Notes: generated by a model from the letters alone, not told the origin. Counted from the stretch's first letter, positions 20,607 through 30,541 are shown. The stretch is 64,000 bases of DNA from an uncultured Alphaproteobacteria bacterium (GCA_963752315.1 CAVVXP010000003.1:148374-212373), one strand, 5' to 3'. A program made the numbers and translations.

Positions 20607-21287
20607 ATGAAACGTTTGCAAACAGACGCGCTATGGACCGAGGTCGACGGCTATCTCGAGGACTGCTTCGTGCCCGGCGATGAGGCGCTCGATGCGGCGC
20701 TCGAAGCCAGCGACGCGGCAGGCTTGCCGCGGATCAATGTCGCGCCCAACCAAGGCAAGCTGTTGATGTTGCTCGCGCGCGCGATCGGCGCTAGCCGCAT
20801 CTTGGAGATCGGCACGCTCGGGGGCTACAGCACGATCTGGCTGGCACGCGGGCTTGTCCCTGACGGCAGGCTGGTGACGCTCGAAGCCAATCCCAAATGC
20901 GCCGAGGTTGCGCTTACGAATATCACGCGCGCCGGCTTAGGCGAATTGGTCGAGGTGCGGGTCGGCAAGGCGAGCGATACGCTGCCCGCCCTCGCCGGCG
21001 AAGCGCCGTTCGACCTCATCTTCATCGACGCCGACAAGGAAGGGACGCCCGGCTATTTCCAATGGGCGGTCAAGCTGGCGCGCCAAGGCGCGCTGATCGT
21101 CGTCGACAATGTGGTGCGCGAAGGCGCGATCCTCGACACTTCGGGCGAGGATTCAAGCGTGCAAGGCATGCGGCGTTTCTTCGAGCTCGCCGCCACCGAT
21201 CCGCGCGTGAGCGGCACCGCGATCCAGACGGTGGGCGCGAAAGGCCATGACGGGCTCGCCATTCTGTTGGTCACCGGCGGTCAATAA
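20607..21287 (+). CDS. O-methyltransferase (COMT/CCoAOMT-like)
   Basis: LEIGTLGGYS, FIDADK, VDNV, KGHDG. Confidence 0.9.
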   Translation: MKRLQTDALWTEVDGYLEDCFVPGDEALDAALEASDAAGLPRINVAPNQGKLLMLLARAIGASRILEIGTLGGYSTIWLARGLVPDGRLVTLEANPKCAEVALTNITRAGLGELVEVRVGKASDTLPALAGEAPFDLIFIDADKEGTPGYFQWAVKLARQGALIVVDNVVREGAILDTSGEDSSVQGMRRFFELAATDPRVSGTAIQTVGAKGHDGLAILLVTGGQ

Positions 21288-21297
21288 CCAAGATGAG

Positions 21298-21573
21298 CTA
21301 GAGCTGGCCCTCGGCCCTATCGGCCGGCGCCGCGCTTCTTTCAGCGTCGCCGGGTGGAGTTTCGCACTGCTTAAGGTATTCCTCCGCCTCGGCGCCGGTC
21401 AGGCTGCGCTTTGCAGCTTGGGCTTTGCAAATATCGGGCATCTGCTCTGCGCTCGCGGTGGCACCACCGCCTTCGCCGTCTTCAGCGGGATCCTCCGCCC
21501 GACCTGAACTCACCGCGAGCAAGAGAGCCGTAGCGGCCACGCAAGCCGTCAGCGCCGTAACTTTCTTGTACAT
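21298..21573 (-). CDS. Small secreted protein with a PsiF-like two-Cys unit
   Basis: GAGGAG RBS, signal peptide, CKAQAAKRSLTGAEAEEYLKQC. Confidence 0.65.
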   Translation of the reverse strand: MYKKVTALTACVAATALLLAVSSGRAEDPAEDGEGGGATASAEQMPDICKAQAAKRSLTGAEAEEYLKQCETPPGDAERSAAPADRAEGQL

Positions 21574-21722
21574 CTTCTTTCTCCTCAGCGGTATTCTTGG
21601 AACTGAAGTATCGGTAGCATAGAACGGAACATCGTCCAATTCCGGGCCGTAACGGCGGTACATTAAATTTTGTTCGGGCTGGCCGCCATTCCGACACCCC
21701 GAAAAAGATCGTGGGAGGCAGC

Positions 21723-21944
21723 ATGAAGAAGGCGAGTTTGATCATTGCGTCAGCCACAATTTTGGCCGGCGTCGTCACCGCGATGCCCTCTCAAGCATTC
21801 GCCTGCTATTGCGAGGCCCGCAGTCCATACGGATGGGGCTGGGGATCGCATGCATCATGCGCGTACGCGAAAGGCCGAGCCCTGAGGGAATGCGCCGTAC
21901 GCACCCCGCGCGGCTATTGGTGCTACGTGACCTTCTGCCGCTAA
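21723..21944 (+). CDS. Small secreted Cys/aromatic-rich peptide
   Basis: GGAGG RBS, signal peptide ending AFA, mature part with six Cys: CYCEARSPYGWGWG...CYVTFCR. Confidence 0.75.
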   Translation: MKKASLIIASATILAGVVTAMPSQAFACYCEARSPYGWGWGSHASCAYAKGRALRECAVRTPRGYWCYVTFCR

Positions 21945-21977
21945 CCAATCGCGCCTCCGCAAGCAGGCTGCGGCTCG

Positions 21978-22874
21978 TCAACTCTTCAGCTGCTTCGCTT
22001 CCTCACGCAGCGAGGCCTGGGCCTTTTCCAGGTCCTCCGTGCTGGCTTCGTCGAATTTCGGAAATTGCAGGTCGAGCGCTTCCATCCGCTCCACCAGAAC
22101 GGCCGCCACGAGGAGGCGCGAAAACCATTTGCGGTCCGCGGGAATTACATACCAAGGGGCGTGTTTGGTCGAGGTATTGCGGATGGTGTCCTCATAGACC
22201 TCGAGGAATTTCTCCCACAACTTGCGTTCCTCGACATCGTAGACGTTGAACTTCCATCGCTTGTCCGGATCGTCGACGCGAGCCAGCAAGCGCTTGAGCT
22301 GTTCGTCCTTGGAGATATTGAGGAAGAACTTGACGGGCACGGTGCCGCTGCGGGCGAGATGCAGCTCGAAATTATTGATGTCCTCGTAGCGCTCGGTCCA
22401 GATGTCCTTGGTCACGAGCCTCGGCGGTAGGTTCTGCTTCTGAAGCAGGTCGGGATGCACGCGCACGACCACGGTCTCCTCGTAATAGGAGCGGTTGAAG
22501 ATGGCGATGCGCCCACGGGCCGGCAGCGCCAGCGCGCTGCGCCACAGGAAATCGTGCGCAAGCTCAAGGGAACTCGGCTGCTTGAACGAATGAACTTCGC
22601 AGCCTTGCGGATTGATGCCCGACAACACGTGTTTGATAACGCCATCCTTGCCGGAGGTATCCAATCCTTGCAGCAGCGCGAGGACGGCCCAGCGGCCCTC
22701 GGCATAAAGCCGCTCCTGTAATTTCGACAGGCGCTTGACGCCCGCTTCGAGCAGCTCCTTGGCGTCCTTCTTCTCGATATCGAGACCGCAGGTATCGCCC
22801 GGGTCGATGTCGGCCAGCTTGAAGGTCTTGCCTTTGTCGACCCGGAAACGCGCGATGATGTCAGCGGGGAGCAT
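21978..22874 (-). CDS. ppk2: Polyphosphate kinase 2 family protein
   Basis: QGLDTSGKDG, FKQPS, HDFLWR, FNRSYYE, APWYVIPADRKW. Confidence 0.92.
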   Translation of the reverse strand: MLPADIIARFRVDKGKTFKLADIDPGDTCGLDIEKKDAKELLEAGVKRLSKLQERLYAEGRWAVLALLQGLDTSGKDGVIKHVLSGINPQGCEVHSFKQPSSLELAHDFLWRSALALPARGRIAIFNRSYYEETVVVRVHPDLLQKQNLPPRLVTKDIWTERYEDINNFELHLARSGTVPVKFFLNISKDEQLKRLLARVDDPDKRWKFNVYDVEERKLWEKFLEVYEDTIRNTSTKHAPWYVIPADRKWFSRLLVAAVLVERMEALDLQFPKFDEASTEDLEKAQASLREEAKQLKS

Positions 22875-23568
22875 CGGTATTGACCCTCTGTAGCAGCGAC
22901 GGTTCGAGCGGCTCTTGTATGCCGGGCTCGTCGCGTTTGGAATCGCTGATCTTGGGATGCATTTCGATCGCCTCGAACAGATCGTCGCGCGCCGGAAGCA
23001 ATAGCTTCAGCGCAGCCTCGGGTGTCGTCTCCTTAACGTCAAGCCATGCCTCGAAATGCTCGGGGGCGAGGACGACCGGCATACGATCGTGCAGTTGCGA
23101 GACCGCGCGGTTAGCTGGACAGGTGAGGATCACGACCGTGTCAATCTCGCTGCCGTCCTTGTCGCGCCAGCGCTCATAGAGCCCGGCAAAGGCGATCAAC
23201 TGGCCTTGCCGCGGGCGGAGCAGAAAGGGGCGGCGCTTGCCCTTCGGCCCCGTCCATTCATAGAAGCCGTCGGCGGGAACGAGGCAGCGGCGCCAGCGCA
23301 AGGCGCTGCGGAAGGACGGCTTATCTAACACCTCCTCCGAGCGGGCATTGATCAGCGTCGGGAAAGACTTCGGATCCTTGACGAAGGGCGGCAACAAGCC
23401 CCAGCGCATGAGCCTGAAGCGGCGTACGCCTTCCCGGTCGCGCGCCACAACGGCGATCGGCTGCGTCGGTGCGATATTGTAGCGTGCCGGGAAGTTTGGC
23501 GTGTCAGCATAGCCGAAATAGGCTCGCACGGCCTCCGGCGGAGAGGTCAGGCTATAGCGCGAGCACAT
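22861..23568 (-). CDS. SOS response-associated peptidase (SRAP, YedK/HMCES family)
   Basis: MCSRY with Cys2, NIAPTQ, MRWGL, INARSE, GFYEW, HDRMPV. Confidence 0.93.
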   Translation of the reverse strand: MCSRYSLTSPPEAVRAYFGYADTPNFPARYNIAPTQPIAVVARDREGVRRFRLMRWGLLPPFVKDPKSFPTLINARSEEVLDKPSFRSALRWRRCLVPADGFYEWTGPKGKRRPFLLRPRQGQLIAFAGLYERWRDKDGSEIDTVVILTCPANRAVSQLHDRMPVVLAPEHFEAWLDVKETTPEAALKLLLPARDDLFEAIEMHPKISDSKRDEPGIQEPLEPSLLQRVNTDAPR

Positions 23569-23657
23569 CCGAAGCGGTCTCCTGGTAACGCTTTGGCAAT
23601 CATGATCGGGCAACACTCCAGCTCATTTCAGTCCAGTTTACCCCAATCGTTGCGGCA

Positions 23658-24254
23658 ATGTTCGTTGACGACAAGCCCAATCCCCGTTCTGGAGATCTCT
23701 ACGAGGACGTAAGCCGCGAGGACATCGTCTCGGCTTTCCGCTCGGCCATGATCGGCCACTTCCGCTCGCATGTTCCGGGCACCAACATCAACAAATCGAC
23801 GCTACTCGCAAGCGATTACCTCAATCACTTCCATGAGCTGGTGATGCTGCTCGAGGCGATCTCCTCCGAGCCGCAGGATTTCGCCGAGGATCTGTTCTCG
23901 TGGCGGCCGCTGACCTATGAGGAGCACTTCGCCGAGTCTGGATTCCGCGACAAGAATCTCGCCATCGCCGCCTATCGCCGGGCGCCGCAAAAGATCAGGG
24001 CGCGTTTCGACGAGGCGGTGGCGCGGCTGCACGGCGAAGCCGTCACTCTCGTCGCCGAGGTGGCTACCGAGCTTACCGGCAATCCCCAGAAATTGAACAA
24101 GACCTGCGAAAAGGCGGCGCAGCGCATGCGTGTCCTGATCGACGAGGCAAATGCCATCGCCAATGGCGACGCGCTGCCCGATCGGAAAGATCCGGAACAG
24201 CTCGGTGACGTCGGCGGCCAGGCCGCGATCGACGCCCTGTTCGGCAGGCGCTGA
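23658..24254 (+). CDS. Conserved helical hypothetical protein
   Basis: 198 aa, host-like codon usage, NINKSTLLASDYLNHFHELVMLLE motif, ends QAAIDALFGRR. Confidence 0.75.
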   Translation: MFVDDKPNPRSGDLYEDVSREDIVSAFRSAMIGHFRSHVPGTNINKSTLLASDYLNHFHELVMLLEAISSEPQDFAEDLFSWRPLTYEEHFAESGFRDKNLAIAAYRRAPQKIRARFDEAVARLHGEAVTLVAEVATELTGNPQKLNKTCEKAAQRMRVLIDEANAIANGDALPDRKDPEQLGDVGGQAAIDALFGRR

Positions 24255-24297
24255 TTGACTTAGAAAAGCGGGCCGGCCCACGCTGAAACCCGCTTCT

Positions 24298-24747
24298 ATG
24301 ACCGAACCCCGTGCAAACACCGACCAAGACCTGGCGCGCATCCGTGATGGAGCGAGCATCGCCGTGTTCAAGGATCGCACAGTCCTGCTGGTGAAGCGCG
24401 CACGGGCCCCCTTTGCCGGGCTGTGGAGCCTGCCCGGCGGTAAGCGGGAGAGTGGGGAGGCGCTCCGGGACGCGGCCCGCCGCGAGCTCAAGGAGGAGAC
24501 CGGCATCGAGGCGGACGTGGAGGGCGTGGTCGACATGATCAAGATCGCCAGCGGTGACGCCAGCAGCAGCGGCACGACCTATCGATTGGCGGTATTCTAT
24601 GGGCGGCCGACCGGAGGCAGTCTCAAGCCCGGCGGCGACGCTTTAGCGGCCGAATGGGTGCATTTGGACGACGTCGAGGCGCTGCCCATGACCGAGGGAA
24701 CGGCCGATCTGATCTGGGTCGCGGCGCATAAAGTGCGCATGCCCTGA
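24298..24747 (+). CDS. NUDIX hydrolase
   Basis: Nudix box GGKRESGEALRDAARRELKEETG. Confidence 0.92.
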   Translation: MTEPRANTDQDLARIRDGASIAVFKDRTVLLVKRARAPFAGLWSLPGGKRESGEALRDAARRELKEETGIEADVEGVVDMIKIASGDASSSGTTYRLAVFYGRPTGGSLKPGGDALAAEWVHLDDVEALPMTEGTADLIWVAAHKVRMP

Positions 24748-24788
24748 CGGCTAGATTTCAACAAGAATAGGCGTTAGTCAGGGGGTCG

Positions 24789-25535
24789 ATGGGACCGCTC
24801 AAACAGCGCCTCTTGCGGCTCGCCTTCGGCGCGCTTTGTGCCGCCTGGGCGTGCATGGCCTTTGCGCCGGTGGCCGACGCCCAGTTCTTCTGGTGGTTCG
24901 ACCAACCGAAATCGGCGCCGAAGCCGCGGGCGGCAAGGCCTAAGCCGCCCGGCGACGATCTGCCGCCAATCGTGCCACGCGAAAGCTCGGTGCCACCTCC
25001 GCCCGACGACCGCCCCTATGACAACAAGCTGATGCGGCTTGCCGAGATTCTTGGCGCGGTCCACTACCTGCGCGAGCTGTGCGGGGCGCAGGAAGGACAG
25101 GTCTGGCGCGACCAGATGAAGGACATCCTGCGGAACGAGGGCACGACCGCCGTCCGCCGCGCCAAGCTGGTCAACGCCTTCAATGACGGCTATCGAGGCT
25201 ACCGGCGCACCTACCGAACCTGCACGCAGTCGGCGACGCTCGCAACCACTCGCTTCAGCAGCGAGGGCGCGAGCATCGCCGCCTCGCTGGCGCAAGGCTC
25301 GACCTTCGCGAGCAAAGGTCCCGCCGACAGCAAGCCCGCATCGCCGGACGCCAATAAAGACAGCGCGCCGACCGGGGCCAACCCGCAAGGCGCCGCACCC
25401 GATGCCAACGCCGCAGGCCCTTCCGCGGATGCGGGCGCGCCAGAGGCGACCGGGAATGTGTCGCAGGCCGCCCCGGCGGCGTCCCCGCCGCCAACTCCAG
25501 ACAGCGGCGCGCCGGTCGAAGAGCCGCCGGATTGA
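24789..25535 (+). CDS. TIGR02301 family protein with low-complexity Pro/Ala tail
   Basis: RLAEILGAVHYLRELC, WRDQM, AFNDGYRGY..TYRTCT. Confidence 0.85.
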   Translation: MGPLKQRLLRLAFGALCAAWACMAFAPVADAQFFWWFDQPKSAPKPRAARPKPPGDDLPPIVPRESSVPPPPDDRPYDNKLMRLAEILGAVHYLRELCGAQEGQVWRDQMKDILRNEGTTAVRRAKLVNAFNDGYRGYRRTYRTCTQSATLATTRFSSEGASIAASLAQGSTFASKGPADSKPASPDANKDSAPTGANPQGAAPDANAAGPSADAGAPEATGNVSQAAPAASPPPTPDSGAPVEEPPD

Positions 25536-25712
25536 TCGTGGGGCAACGCGTCCGCGGCGGCAGCGTCTCGCCGGGCTTTGCTGAGTTCGCTCCGCGTTAG
25601 GCACGCTCGGCCTGACCGGCGTCCCCCTTAGTCCCTTCCGCACGCAATCGGTAACCATGACTGTCGCTAAGCTATTGTAGTTGCTTAAGAAACCAAACCT
25701 CTCGCAAGCAAG

Positions 25713-25728
25713 TTAACCGTTAGTTCAC
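25713..25728 (+). promoter_or_regulatory. Candidate CtrA box
   Basis: TTAA-ccgttag-TTCAC versus consensus TTAA-N7-TTAAC (one mismatch). Confidence 0.4.
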
Positions 25729-25802
25729 TCTATCGTCGTCGCGGCAAACGAGGGGTGTAAGTGTGACAGTCGCGGTCATCCGACGCAGAAGGGGCCTCAC
25801 AG

Positions 25803-26060
25803 TTGCGGTCAGCCAATCGAACCTCGCGCCCCGCCGAAAACGAAGCCCAGAAGCAGGCGGCGCTTAGATACATCCTCGATGCCTGGGAAGAGGCGCTGCA
25901 TGACGGCATCGAGCCGGAGATGCTCGCCAACGCTGCCCTGTTCGCCGCGCTCGCGGATTTGATCTGCGTTTACGGCGAAGGCGCTGTCGCCAAGATGACC
26001 ACCGGGCTGTCGCGCCGCATCCAGCATGGCGAGTTCACGGTGAAGCGAACCTCGCAATAG
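25803..26060 (+). CDS. Small conserved hypothetical protein
   Basis: AAGGGG RBS before TTG; KQAALRYILDAWEEALHDGIE...GEF. Confidence 0.7.
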   Translation: MRSANRTSRPAENEAQKQAALRYILDAWEEALHDGIEPEMLANAALFAALADLICVYGEGAVAKMTTGLSRRIQHGEFTVKRTSQ

Positions 26061-26069
26061 GCGGTTGGC

Positions 26070-26741
26070 CTATTTAGCGAAAATGACGCCGTCAAGCAGG
26101 AGGATCAGGCCGAAGGCGCACAGCACCAGGCCGGCGATCCGATTGATGAGCTTGAGGCGACCTTCGGTGAGCTTGTGTCTGATGGTGGCGATCAGCTCCG
26201 ACAGGCCGAGCCACCACACCAGGCTTCCACCCATCACCGAGAGGACCAGAAGCAGCGCCTCGAGCGAGGTGTTCAAACCGCCCGTCAAGGAACCGAGGCC
26301 GCCGATCATCGCCGCCATGCCGAGAATGGCGCCGGGATTGGTGACGGTGAGAAAGAAGGTCTGCGGGATGATGCCGGTATGCTCGACCAGCCCGGATTCC
26401 TTGCCGACCGGGATGGTGAGCGCGGGCCTGGTGAGGAGCAGAGCCAGACCAAAGACGATCAGCAGCATGCCGCCGACAAGCTGAATGGCGCCGGAATGGG
26501 CCGCGATCACGTCAGAAATCGCCCGGATACTGAAGGCGGCAATCGCGGCAAGCATGCCGTCGCCGAGCACGGCGCCAAGACCTGCGGCGAGCCCGGCCCA
26601 GAAGCCGCCCGCCACCGCCCGTTGAATCACCAGCACGTTGACCGGCCCGATCGGCGCCGCCATCACGATGCCGATGCCGATCCCGGCAAGCACGAGCTGG
26701 ACGGTGGAGAGAACGAATTGCGCGCCTGCCTGCAAGGGCAC
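26070..26741 (-). CDS. LysE family translocator
   Basis: APIGPVN, TVTNPG, six hydrophobic segments. Confidence 0.88.
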   Translation of the reverse strand: MPLQAGAQFVLSTVQLVLAGIGIGIVMAAPIGPVNVLVIQRAVAGGFWAGLAAGLGAVLGDGMLAAIAAFSIRAISDVIAAHSGAIQLVGGMLLIVFGLALLLTRPALTIPVGKESGLVEHTGIIPQTFFLTVTNPGAILGMAAMIGGLGSLTGGLNTSLEALLLVLSVMGGSLVWWLGLSELIATIRHKLTEGRLKLINRIAGLVLCAFGLILLLDGVIFAK

Positions 26742-26856
26742 GGCCTACTCGCTTTTTGCGGGTGGCGCGTAGAAGGGGTCGCGCCGCGCTGGCACGACGC
26801 GCGCTTGCGCTCGTTGGCCGATCTGCGAAATTGATTGAGCACTCATGGAGTGATGG

Positions 26857-27429
26857 ATGAATCGTCGCAAGAATCTTGTCCTGATTGCCCTCGGCGCATT
26901 GGTAGCTGGCGCTGCCGCCCTTGTCTACGTGCAGAACGAAGCAGCGACCGGCACGGCCGCGGCGCGCGAGCTAACCTCGAAGGTCCTCTATGATTTCAAT
27001 GCGCTGCCGGATCCGGTCAAGCGCATGCTGCAACAGATCGCCATTGCCGCGGAGAGCGGCGAGATCGAGACGATGCGGCCGGTGTTCGAATCGAACGAGC
27101 TGAAACCGATGGTCACGACGGAATTTGTCGATGACCCGATCGCGTTCTGGAAGAAGGCCTCCGCCGATGGCACGGGCCGCGACGTGCTGGCGGCCATGCT
27201 CAACGTGGCCGCATCGGGCTATGTGCGCGTCGGGCAAGGCCAGGACGAGATGTTCGTCTGGCCCTATTTCGCCGAAACCGACCTCGCCAAGCTCACCCCG
27301 GCCCAAGAGGTCGAGCTCTATCGCATCGTCCCGCCGGCACAAGCGATCGCGATGAAGAAGGCCGGCAAATACAACTACTACCGGCTCGGCATCTCGCCGA
27401 GCGGCGTCTGGCACTATTTCATTCAGTAG
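26857..27429 (+). CDS. Membrane-anchored or exported hypothetical protein
   Basis: GGAG RBS, N-terminal hydrophobic segment, FVWPYFAE, YYRLGISPSGVWHYF. Confidence 0.75.
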   Translation: MNRRKNLVLIALGALVAGAAALVYVQNEAATGTAAARELTSKVLYDFNALPDPVKRMLQQIAIAAESGEIETMRPVFESNELKPMVTTEFVDDPIAFWKKASADGTGRDVLAAMLNVAASGYVRVGQGQDEMFVWPYFAETDLAKLTPAQEVELYRIVPPAQAIAMKKAGKYNYYRLGISPSGVWHYFIQ

Positions 27430-28760
27430 GTTCCCGGCAACGCCTCGCCGAAGCGGACGAGCTCGCCGGCCGCCGTGCCAAGCTCGCCTTGCCACATCGC
27501 CAGCCGTCCCCGGACCAGCGTGCCGACCGGCCAGCCTCTGACGCGCAAGCCCGCGAACGGGGTCCAACCGCATTTGCTGCCAATCCATTCATTGTCGATG
27601 ACGCGTTCGGCCTTGAGATCGACGATGGTGAGGTCGGCGTCGTAGCCCACGGCGATGCGGCCTTTGCCGGCGATGCCGAAAATGCGCTGCGGCCCCGCGC
27701 TGGTCAGATCGACGAAGCGGGCCAGGCTCAAGCGGCCGGCATTCACGTGATCGAGCATCACCGGCACAAGCGTCTGCACACCGGGCATGCCCGAGGGCGT
27801 CGCCGGATAGCGCTTGGCCTTTTCCTCGAGCGTGTGCGGCGCGTGATCGGAACCGAGCACGTCGACCACGCCCCGTTCCAGTCCCCACCATAGCCGTTGT
27901 TGATGATAGCGATCGCGGAGCGGCGGATTCATCTGCGCGCGCGTGCCAAGCCGCTCGTAGGCCTCCGGCGTGGCGAGTGTCAAATGCTGCGGCGTCACTT
28001 CGACCGAGGCGATGTCCTTGTGCAAGGCAAGCAGCGCCATCTCCTCGCCGGTGGAGACATGCAGCACATGCACGCGCTTGCCCGCAGCAGCGGCGACCCG
28101 TAGCAGCCGCTCGGTCGAAGCCAGCGCCGCGCCGACGTCGCGCCATTCGCTGTGGCTCGAAGGATCTCCTTGGCGCTGGTGCTTCATGCGTTCCTTCAGC
28201 CTTGCCTCGTCCTCGGAATGGAAGGCGGCGCGGCGTCTGATGGTGGCGAGAATGCGGGCGAGCGTTTCCTCGTCATCGACCAGCAGGTTTCCGGTCGAGG
28301 AGCCCATGAACACCTTGACGCCGGCGGCTCCCGGCTGGAGCTCGAGCTCGGCGAGATCGTCGACATTGTCGCGGGTGGCGCCGACGAAGAAGGCGAAGTC
28401 GCAATGCATGCGGTGGGTCGCGGCGGCAACCTTGGCGGCGAGCGCGTCGGCGCTGGTGGTGGGCGGCTTGGTGTTCGGCATTTCGAACACGGCGGTCACG
28501 CCGCCCAATACCGCCGACCGGCTGCCAGTCTCCAGATCTTCCTTGTGCTCGAGCCCGGGCTCGCGGAAATGCACTTGGCTGTCGATCACGCCGGGAAGAA
28601 TGTGCAGGCCGGCGGCGTCGATCGTCTCGCTCGCCGCGCCCACGCCGATCGCGCCGATCTCAGCGATGCGGCCATCCCGGACGCCAATATCGGCAAGGCC
28701 TTCGCCCGCTTGATTGACGACGGTTCCGCCCTTGAGGACAAGATCGAAGGTCTGGGCCAT
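27423..28760 (-). CDS. pyrC: Dihydroorotase
   Basis: DSQVHFREPG, EMPNT, KVFMGSSTG, QMNPPLR, SDHAPH. Confidence 0.9.
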   Translation of the reverse strand: MAQTFDLVLKGGTVVNQAGEGLADIGVRDGRIAEIGAIGVGAASETIDAAGLHILPGVIDSQVHFREPGLEHKEDLETGSRSAVLGGVTAVFEMPNTKPPTTSADALAAKVAAATHRMHCDFAFFVGATRDNVDDLAELELQPGAAGVKVFMGSSTGNLLVDDEETLARILATIRRRAAFHSEDEARLKERMKHQRQGDPSSHSEWRDVGAALASTERLLRVAAAAGKRVHVLHVSTGEEMALLALHKDIASVEVTPQHLTLATPEAYERLGTRAQMNPPLRDRYHQQRLWWGLERGVVDVLGSDHAPHTLEEKAKRYPATPSGMPGVQTLVPVMLDHVNAGRLSLARFVDLTSAGPQRIFGIAGKGRIAVGYDADLTIVDLKAERVIDNEWIGSKCGWTPFAGLRVRGWPVGTLVRGRLAMWQGELGTAAGELVRFGEALPGTY

Positions 28761-28831
28761 TGCCGGCTTCTCTTGCGGGGCCTCCCCCGCTCCCATAAAT
28801 GTCGGATGCCTTGGTAGCAGAAGGGCCGGAT

Positions 28832-29707
28832 ATGGGCCAATGCCATGCGAGCCTCTTGCCGTCGCGCGCCGTCCTCAAGGTCGGGGGCCCCGACGCGCGC
28901 AAATTCCTGCAAGGCTTGATCACCAACGACATTGACAAGGCGCAAGCGGGAGCCGCGGTCCATGCCGGGCTGCTCAGCCCGCAAGGGAAGATCCTGTTCG
29001 ATTTCTTTGCGGTGCCAGACGGTGAGGGCTTTTTCATCGACGTGGCGGCAGACAAGGCCGCGGAGCTAGCGAAGCGGCTCGGCTTTTATCGCCTCAGGGC
29101 CGCCGTGGAGATTGTGGCCGCACCGTCGCTCGCCATTGCCGCCGTTTGGGGCGGAGGCCCTCGCCTGCCCGAAGGCGCTATTGCTTACGCCGACCCAAGG
29201 CTGCCGGAACTCGGCCTTCGCCTTATCGTCACCAATGGAACGAGCACGGCGGAGTTCGGCTGCGAGCCCTCAGACGAAGCGGACTATCACGCCTTGCGCG
29301 TTAGGCTCGGCGTGCCGGAAGGCGGCCGCGACTACGCGTTCGGCGACGCCTTTCCGCATGAAGCTCTATTCGATCAGCTGAACGGCGTCGACTTCGCCAA
29401 AGGCTGTTATGTCGGGCAGGAGGTCGTCTCGCGCATGGAGCATCGCGGCACGGCGCGCAAGCGCATCGTGCCCATCGAGGGCATCAGCGCCCTCCCCGCT
29501 CCCGGCACCAGCGTCGAGGCGAACGGTGTTGCGATCGGGACGCTGGGCTCGGTGAGCGGCGCCGCGGGCCTGGCGCTGATCCGCCTCGACCGTGCCGAGG
29601 AAGCTTTGGCGCAAGGCAAGGCGCTGACGACGGGAGCGGTCAAGATCGCGCTGCGCCGTCCGACCTTCGCGCGCTTCGCAGTCCCCGTTGCTGAGGCTCT
29701 TGCATGA
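28832..29707 (+). CDS. ygfZ: Folate-binding Fe-S cluster repair protein
   Basis: FLQGLITND, KGCYVGQE signature. Confidence 0.93.
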   Translation: MGQCHASLLPSRAVLKVGGPDARKFLQGLITNDIDKAQAGAAVHAGLLSPQGKILFDFFAVPDGEGFFIDVAADKAAELAKRLGFYRLRAAVEIVAAPSLAIAAVWGGGPRLPEGAIAYADPRLPELGLRLIVTNGTSTAEFGCEPSDEADYHALRVRLGVPEGGRDYAFGDAFPHEALFDQLNGVDFAKGCYVGQEVVSRMEHRGTARKRIVPIEGISALPAPGTSVEANGVAIGTLGSVSGAAGLALIRLDRAEEALAQGKALTTGAVKIALRRPTFARFAVPVAEALA

Positions 29708-30309
29708 GCGGCAAGGCCGTAGGGGGTCGCTGTCCGTGGCCCGGCACAGACCCGCTCTATGTCGCCTATCACGACGACGAATGGGGCATGCCCGAGCGTG
29801 ACGATCGCGCGCTTTACGAGAAGCTTGTGCTCGACGGGTTTCAGGCGGGGCTGTCCTGGATCACGATTCTGCGCAAGCGCGAGGCTTTCCGCCGCGCCTT
29901 CGACGACTTCGCGCCGGAGAAGATCGCGCGCTACTCGAAGAAAAAGATCGAAGCCTTGATGGGCGATGCGGGCATCGTCCGCAACCGGATGAAGATCGAG
30001 GGCGCGGTCGCCTCGGCGCGCGCCTGGCTCGAGATCATGGAGAAGACCGCCGGCTTCAGCCCGTTGCTGTGGGCGTTCGTGGAGGGCAAGCCGATCGTCA
30101 ATCGCTACACGACGATGAGCGAGATCCCCGCCGAAACGGAGATTTCGCGCATCATCTCAAAAGACCTCAAGGCGCACGGCTTCAAATTCTGCGGGCCGAC
30201 CATCGTCTACGCCTTCATGCAGGCGACCGGCATGGTCAACGACCACCTGATCTCCTGCCCGCGTCATGCGGCTTGCGCAAAACTCGGCCGGACGCCATCT
30301 AACCCTTAG
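29704..30309 (+). CDS. tag: DNA-3-methyladenine glycosylase I
   Basis: RCPW, YHDDEWG, FQAGLSW, GFKFCGPT, NDHLISC. Confidence 0.95.
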   Translation: MSGKAVGGRCPWPGTDPLYVAYHDDEWGMPERDDRALYEKLVLDGFQAGLSWITILRKREAFRRAFDDFAPEKIARYSKKKIEALMGDAGIVRNRMKIEGAVASARAWLEIMEKTAGFSPLLWAFVEGKPIVNRYTTMSEIPAETEISRIISKDLKAHGFKFCGPTIVYAFMQATGMVNDHLISCPRHAACAKLGRTPSNP

Positions 30310-30541
30310 AGCCGCGCGGATCGGCGCTGCGCGGAAAGGTGCGCTCTTCTTGGATCTTGCCATTGCGCTTTCTAATGCGGACCGAGCCCATTCCCTTGAC
30401 TGCCTTTTCGAGGACCCCGCCCTTGGTCGCCGCAGCCTTGGTGGCGAAGGTCTTCGCGGTTTGGCCGGTGCCTTCATGTTTAAGCACCCAACGCTTCTTC
30501 TTCTCGTCATGCGACAATGAATATCTCGGCAACTTTGCCAT
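30299..30541 (-). CDS. DUF2188-domain protein
   Basis: GGAGAGG RBS; SVRIRKRNGKIQEERTFPRSADPRGSKG. Confidence 0.8.
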   Translation of the reverse strand: MAKLPRYSLSHDEKKKRWVLKHEGTGQTAKTFATKAAATKGGVLEKAVKGMGSVRIRKRNGKIQEERTFPRSADPRGSKG

